Positions 42,354-64,000 of a stretch of DNA of 64,000 nucleotides are shown piece by piece. The notes under the pieces were generated by a model. The model ran no database searches, was not told the DNA's origin, and was given only the letters and a program-made list of their open reading frames with translations. The DNA lies in contig OX597819.1 in the NCBI GenBank assembly GCA_951406725.2, positions 49,538,001 through 49,602,000 on the forward strand. The letters run 5' to 3'. The stretch comes from Octopus vulgaris (Eukaryota). The position numbers were made by a program, and so were the translations under genes. Position 1 is the first letter of the stretch. Each line of letters starts with the position of its first letter.

Positions 42354-42571
42354 TTAACCATTAGCATTCAAATTATTCTGTCAAATGTAATGCTTATTTA
42401 TTCACACCATTTTGGATTAATCATACGTTGTCATAGATTTTGATGATGTGGTTGTTTATTTTTAGAATGACTTTGTAGGGCTGGCGTGAGAAGCCAGATG
42501 TAAGCAATTTGAACATAAAACAAGTAGAATGTTTGGGTTGGACACGGCCAGTTTGAATGCTAAAGGGTTAA
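42354..42571. mobile_element. piggyBac-type MITE (inverted relative to 57185)
   Basis: TTAA-ccattagcatt ... aatgctaaaggg-TTAA. Confidence 0.75.
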
Positions 42572-42642
42572 AGTTAGTTATGCCATTTAGCTTCCAGCTC
42601 ACAAGCATTTAATAAACAGGCCAACATGCAGAACACTTACAT

Positions 42643-43020
42643 ACTCTTTACTTTTTTACTTGTTTCAGTCATTTGACTGTGGCCATGCTAGAGCACCGCC
42701 TTTAGTCAACCAAATCGATCCCAGGACTTATTCTTTGTAAGCCTAGTACTTATTCTATCGGTCTCTTTTGCTGAACCACTATGTTACGGGGATGTAAACA
42801 CACCACCATCAGTTGTCAAGCAATGTTGGGGGGACAAACACACACATACATATATACGATGGGCTTCTTTCAGTTTCCGTCTACCAAATCCACTCACAAG
42901 GCTTTGGTCAGCCCGAGGCTATAGCGGAAGACACTTGCCCAAAGTGCTATGCAATGGGACTGAACCCGGAACCATGTAGTTCATAAGCAAGCTACTTACC
43001 ACACAGCCATTCCTACGCCT
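42643..43020 (-). mobile_element. tRNA-derived SINE family A
   Basis: Reverse complement of the 7237-7640 family, full length. Confidence 0.88.
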
Positions 43021-43204
43021 ACAAGTCTTCTAGGAATACATCTGTGAAATTCAAGCAATTCCCCAATGAAACACTGGGAACCAGCTGAATGTTGAACTGA
43101 CCAAAACAGCGTTTAGTGCTTTGAGTGTTATATCACCAACTTACCTTTTTTATGTAAAAACTTGAAAAACATTTTTTTAAATATAAAAATACAAAACAGA
43201 AATA

Positions 43205-46200
43205 CAATTCAGTGATCTGAAACTTTATTACAGTCCGACAGTCTGTACAATTGGAATAATTTTTGTTTTCATTTTTACTTTTTATATATATATTCCTTTG
43301 AATTTTTTTTTTTTTCCAAATATTTTCCCTGTCTTTTTTTTTTTTTAAATTTTTTTAAAAGTTTTAATACAATTGATTTACACATAGCAACTGCTTCTAC
43401 TGCTGCTACTAGCCTGCATATCAGTGGTCCTGTCCTTTCCGCAGAGATACCCTGGGAATGAGGTGGAGGACGGCTAGGAGCAGAGCATGGCTGCTGCATA
43501 TAATTTACTGTCTTTTGGTTGGCTGACATGACTGGTGCACTGTATGAGTTAAGTGGGCCATTTAAAAATAAAAAATAAAAATTTCAATGACTCCAAACCC
43601 CCACCCACCCTGCTTCTTGTCGGAAGAAAATGGATGATAATGATGAAGGAAGAGGGTTAATGAGATGTACAAATTCTGAAGGAGAATGTAGAGTGCATGT
43701 GATGATGACAGCAGAACTGAAAGTGGTCAGTTGAAATGATGTGCTATGAAATATCAATAGTTGTGACTATTCACCATCCTTTTATTGACTTAATCCATAA
43801 AGCAATTAACATCAAAACACCCTCATAACAAAGCCTTACCTTACAATAGAAGGCTGAAGAGTTGGAAGTTTGGCAGAAAGCTTGGCTTTTCATAAACGAG
43901 CAGCTACACCGATTCATACTAATACACGCACATACATACATAACATACACACACACACACTCAGAAATGCTAGCAAGCAGACACACTCAGACAGACATAT
44001 TCACACAGGTTTAGAAAAATAAAATAAAAAAATGCAGGCTAAGAGATAATCCTGCTGTATGTACGAGGAGGCATACACAAACATACATGCACCACATTGA
44101 TTATATGTCACTACCCTTGAGAACAATGAAATAAGAGATGTGTAATGTGAAGATAGGAATCAAAGGATAACTGGAAATGTCAGATGAAAACATTTAAGTT
44201 GTGGAGAGAAAAGAAAGAAAGAGAATAGATATTGGAATAATTTACTCGGACAAAATTGATATGCATGCACAAATTCAGCGTTATGAATTTAAGTGTACAT
44301 ACATACAAACAAACACACATTTCCTTGGAGTTTATGAAAAGACAGCTGAAGAGAGATATCTTACATAATAGACAGGACAGCTATACATACACACACACAC
44401 ACTCTTCACACAGATTTGAGAGGAAAAAAAAAATGAACATAAACACTAGAATAATTCTAAGCACCTATAAAATATAGATATCTTTGTGTGTGAGACATAC
44501 ACACCACACTGAAATGGCTGTAGGGACATTCCAAAACGAAATGGTTGGAATTTTATTGGTCCATAAAAAAAAAAGCATCTTTTTATGTTTATTCAACATT
44601 TGGCAGAGGTAGATAAGAACAGTTTTCAGTGTGTGTGTGCGTGCATGGGTGTGTTTTCGTCTGGTGGTGGGCATATTAAGTGGTAATTTGAAACTGTTCT
44701 TATGATGTCACTAAGCTTGTTTAGTTTAAACATTTTTTTTTTCCACTCATTAGTTGATCACTGATTCACTAATTGACCATACAAATTGAGATGTCTGCCC
44801 TTAAATTTTCAAGCTGGAAAGATACTAAAAAGTAAGAAGTAACTCATTCAGATAGCTTTAGTACCACAAAGCAAGATATCAAAGTTGAGGATTGGCTTAA
44901 ACGAATGGTCAGAGTTCAGTATTGCTAAGAGAGGGCACAAATTAATTACAATGAAATTACCACAAAACCTTTATGAACGATGAAATCAATGACATTGCCT
45001 TACAGGAATATTTCCAGCTATAAATGTTTGTGAAGAGCAGTGTATTATATAACTAAGTTCTTTCTGTAAATAAGAAGACAAATTGAAATTGAATAGCATT
45101 TATATCTTTCTCGGGGGGGTTATTAGTGACAGATGAAATGAAAGGATTTGTTTCTATTAATAAACTCTCAAGATAGAGTAATTTTGTTGTGTTACAGAGA
45201 TCCATTATTACTATTAGCAGTAGTAGTAGTATCACTTAGAGTTCATTAATTTCAAGTAATTAGTCAGCTAACTGTCAACAGATGTGCAGGGATCTATGTA
45301 GATTAATACAAATGGTTTAATCTTACCAAAATAACCAAAAGATTCTAAACATTTACACGTGAGGTACATTAAATGGATGACCAAAAATCACAGATAATCC
45401 TCATGCCATGCATTAGTCATATGAACAGTAAAAAGTGAAAAGTTCTAAATTGAAGTTTCCACTTCATTGTACTAAATAATTAAGCCCAAATTTGAGAATT
45501 GATTAATTCTATCTCTTGTTGCGCTTGCATTCTTACAACCTGCTCTTCATTGTCTTATACTGAGATAGTTAACTAACTTTTTATGTGGACAAAAAAGCTT
45601 ACTTGCAAAATCTCAGCAAATACATTTAGGACAGCATGTGTTTAAAAAACAAAAATGTTTAAAAAAAAAAAAACACCCATTGCTTTGAAGTTGTAACATA
45701 ACAACAGCTATGATAAAATTAGCATAGGAATAGCATAAATAAAATTAAACTTACTTTGATTTCAATGATTCTAGTGGATTAAATTTTTGTTTTTAAATAA
45801 ATCAGTAAAATATTTGATAAACTCATAACAGGATTAAGAAGCACAAAGTAATCCTTAATAATTAAACATAAGTGAGAGAGAGAATCAAAAAAAAGGGGGG
45901 GGGAGATGTGGTAGAGGTATGGGGAATATATCACATTTCTTTACAATTCAGAAAATGAATTAAGGAGAAGAAAAATGTGGGGAGAAAAAAAAAATGGTGA
46001 TATGAGTTTTTTAAAAAAAAAAAAAAGAAAGGTTAAAACTCACTGCTGTGCATTCAGAGAATGTCGAAAATGTTTATGAAAATACTGAAATTATTCACTA
46101 TATTAACACTGCAAGACCAGTTGTCTTGCAGCAGCTGGCTTGAAGAGAAATAAGTATGTATGTCTGTACATGTGCATACATACATATATATATATATATA

Positions 46201-47759
46201 TACATACATATGTGTGTATATATATATATATATATAATGTACACAGTACAGTAGCATGAAATGACTATGTCCCAGGTGAGGTTTAGGTGGGGAAGTGCAG
46301 ATATTTTTTTTTTTCTCTACAACTTCCATAAAGTATTATGCTGCCTGGTAATCCCCGAGGAGCGAAGAAAACATTGTGACATATGGAGTCAGAATTTTTG
46401 TGTGGTATGCATATGTGTGTGTGTGGTTAATAAATTACAAAATAAAAAAAAAATAACAAAAAGAAAGTAAATGGTGGGTTTAAGAAAGAGAGTGGCGTAG
46501 ATGAAGAAAATGTGTATATGAGAAAGAGAGAGAAAGAAAGTCTGAGCATGAAGTTAATTATGTAAAAGTTAACATGCGCATTTTTTTTTTATACCAAACA
46601 AAATAAAATTTCTTTATAAACCACAACTTTCAAAAGACCTCTTTCAAAACGAAGCAGCTCCAATCAAAATGTATATGTGTGAGTGAATTTATATTAGTGA
46701 GCATATACAGATGAAAAAAGGTGTAATAATTTTCCCAGTCCAAGCAGTCGCCAACCTCACATGCAGAGGTAGTTTCTCTTTTCACTTTGTAAAATTCTCA
46801 AATGTTCATTTTTGAATTATTTCAGTTTTTTTTTTTTTCTTTTTTCTTTCATTGATTAAAAAAAATAATAATAAACATGTTTGTAATGTTGAAATTGTAG
46901 GTGTAGATGTAGGTGTGTTGGTAGAACCCAGCTACAGATTACTGCTGAGCAGGCAAATATTTAAATGAACAAGTTTTTTTTTTACTTTATTTTAAATATA
47001 ACTTGATTTAATTGTTCTTATTTCTTTCTTTACTTTAAAAAAAAAAAAAATTTTTCTTTAGGGATCTCACCAAACAAATGGTACATATTTGAATGTTAGA
47101 GATCTTCTGGAGTTTTTTTTTTGTTTGTTTTTTGTTAAAATTGGCTTGAAGAACCCATATGCAAAATTGCTCATTTCCTTTGAAAAACAGTTTTTGTTTC
47201 TTCAATTTTTTTTTTAAAATTTTAATTTGGTTGATAAATTCTTTTTTGTTTGTTTATTTTTTTTACAAACATAACTAATATATTAAACAGTTTCTTTTTT
47301 ACATACAGAATGGGGAATGAAGTGAGAGGCAAGGAGGAACTAACAGAAACAAACCTAAATGTTCCTTCTCCAAACCAGTTTCTTAGCTGTTATGATACAC
47401 ATATCATTGTGAACAATTAAACCACAACAACAATATCATCAACAGTTCAGTCATTTACATTGCCTGAAATAGCAGAGACTCAAAGGCTCTTAAACTATTG
47501 AAGAATTGGTCTGCTTGTTTCGGCTCCTCTGATTATTTTTATAGTTGTGTTGATGTGTAAACTTGTCCATGTCAAACTAATGTTTATTTAAAACAACTGC
47601 GAGTTTAAAAAAAAAAAAAAGTTTGACAACTATAAAGATTTCTTTTTCTTTGCCTTTTCTTTTTAAAAGTCAATAGAGACAAAAACGCTTTTTTTTGTTT
47701 TGTTAATTTTTTCTTTCATTCTTTAAAAAAATGTGTGGTTTATGATAATTTTTATTTTT
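43205..47759 (-). other. Putative long 3'UTR of groucho (~4.5 kb)
   Basis: No recognisable TE in this stretch, unlike both flanks; U-rich on the minus strand; ends at AATAAA with a downstream GU/U-rich tract. Inferred, no transcript data. Confidence 0.55.
43224..43229 (-). terminator. Candidate distal polyadenylation signal AATAAA
   Basis: tttatt on +; TGTA upstream (about 43246-43249 on -) and gaattgtatttctgttttgtattttt downstream on -. Confidence 0.55.
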
Positions 47760-62828
<15,069 letters not shown>

Positions 62829-63854
62829 CTGAGACAGGGAGAAAGGATGACTGATTAGGTTTTCTTTTTATCTATTACATTGTAGCAATGACAAACAAAC
62901 ATTAACAACAACAAAAAAACAATAGACAATTGTTTTATTGGAGATTAACAGCTTTCCATTTAACACAAAGTTTTGTTAGAATTTCTATATCCTGGTTAGG
63001 GCTGTGGTGGTATTGAGCAGACCAAGCTGAACCCATTTGGCATTGGTTCATTCCACGTTCCTACTAAGTTACCCAGTAAAATCTGCAGAACTATCTACAG
63101 TGAAATATTACAGAAAACATTTCAATTTTTATGACAGAATGCAAACTGTTTTCATTTTCCCTGTTATATCTTGGAACAAATGATTCACTGTCAATGTACC
63201 ATAGAGTCCTCAGTCAAAGATCAGCCTATAGCATATCTAGTCTGTTGAATATGGGCTGTTGCTCTCAAGCACAATTCCAAGTCTTAACTGACAGAATATT
63301 TCTAGATCATTCAATTCTTAAATTCATATCTTATAAAAAAGAAAGAAAGAAAGAAAAAAGACAATAGGAAGCGGAATAAAAGAAAATACTTTCTTCCCCA
63401 CCCCCTGCCCCAGTAATTTCACAAACATCCATTTAAACTGATGAGATTCAATATAGGAATGAAAAAAAAAAATGAGTAACAGTTAACTTGTGCTACAACC
63501 ATTTTGGATTTTCATCTCAATCAACTAAAGCCCGTAGGTCTTCAGACAAGAATATATTTCACAACCAACTGATTAACCAGCAAGTTGTCTGCAACATCAC
63601 TGGTGGTAGAGGTTAGAAAGTAAATGAAAATGATAATAATAAACTAATCACACAACTCAATATCAGTATTGCATGGGGAAAAAAAGTTACCTTATGAATA
63701 AGAAAAAAAAAAAAAAAAAAAGAGCATAATCAAAAATAAATGCTGAATGACCCAATGCCCCACAACATATTGCCCCCAGAAACCGTCTATTCTCTTTCTA
63801 TCTTTTAAAGTTTTAATAAGCTACATATTCTTGGGTTTTTTTTTTTTCTCTTTT

Positions 63855-64000
63855 TATTTTACTCTTTATTTGTTTCAATCATTTGACTGTGGCTATGCTG
63901 GAGCATCGCCTTTAGTCGAACAAATTGACCCTAGGACTTATTCTTTGTAAACCTGGTACCTATTCTATCAGTCTGTTTTGCTGAACCGCTAAGTTACGGA
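63855..64000 (-). mobile_element. SINE family A 3' part (runs off window)
   Basis: tttgactgtggctatgctggagcatcgcctttagtcga...gctaagttacgg. Confidence 0.82.

Noticed and set aside
43275-43529. 84-aa ORF in a GC-richer patch downstream of groucho
   Set aside because: Runs through poly-A-derived Lys tracts; more simply explained as 3'UTR
45387-45935. Two K-box hexamers (TGTGAT on -) in the putative groucho 3'UTR
   Set aside because: Two hexamer hits in 4.5 kb of AT-rich DNA are about what chance gives

Overview
AT-rich animal genomic DNA, very likely a coleoid cephalopod (Octopus), inferred from the tRNA-derived SINE families, RTE LINEs carrying a PHD finger and huge (TA)n/(TACA)n arrays. The only well-supported host gene is a groucho/TLE co-repressor on the minus strand. 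I traced 12 coding exons from 62828 down to the stop at 47760; all have GT-AG junctions and join in frame (1419 nt, 472 aa plus stop: CcN/SP region and the WD40 domain). The N-terminal Q-domain exons lie beyond the window. A ~4.5 kb stretch with no recognisable TE, probably the 3'UTR, follows to a poly(A) signal near 43225. The left ~43 kb is repeat-dominated: a young 5'-truncated RTE (17370-20588), three older RTE copies, an internally deleted Gypsy-like LTR element, a CR1-type LINE end, many SINEs, hAT- and piggyBac-type MITEs, and a ~6 kb compound TA microsatellite. The most interesting material is a set of short non-coding elements embedded in TA repeats. They show conserved or covarying stem-loops, hammerhead-like core words and a perfect 37-bp palindrome, and may be Penelope-like or ribozyme-bearing mobile RNAs. 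A possible decayed GPCR pseudogene (~5.1-6.3 kb) and an RTE-derived 42/84-bp minisatellite are also flagged. I cannot demonstrate a new biological system from sequence alone; the structured TA-embedded elements are the best lead.
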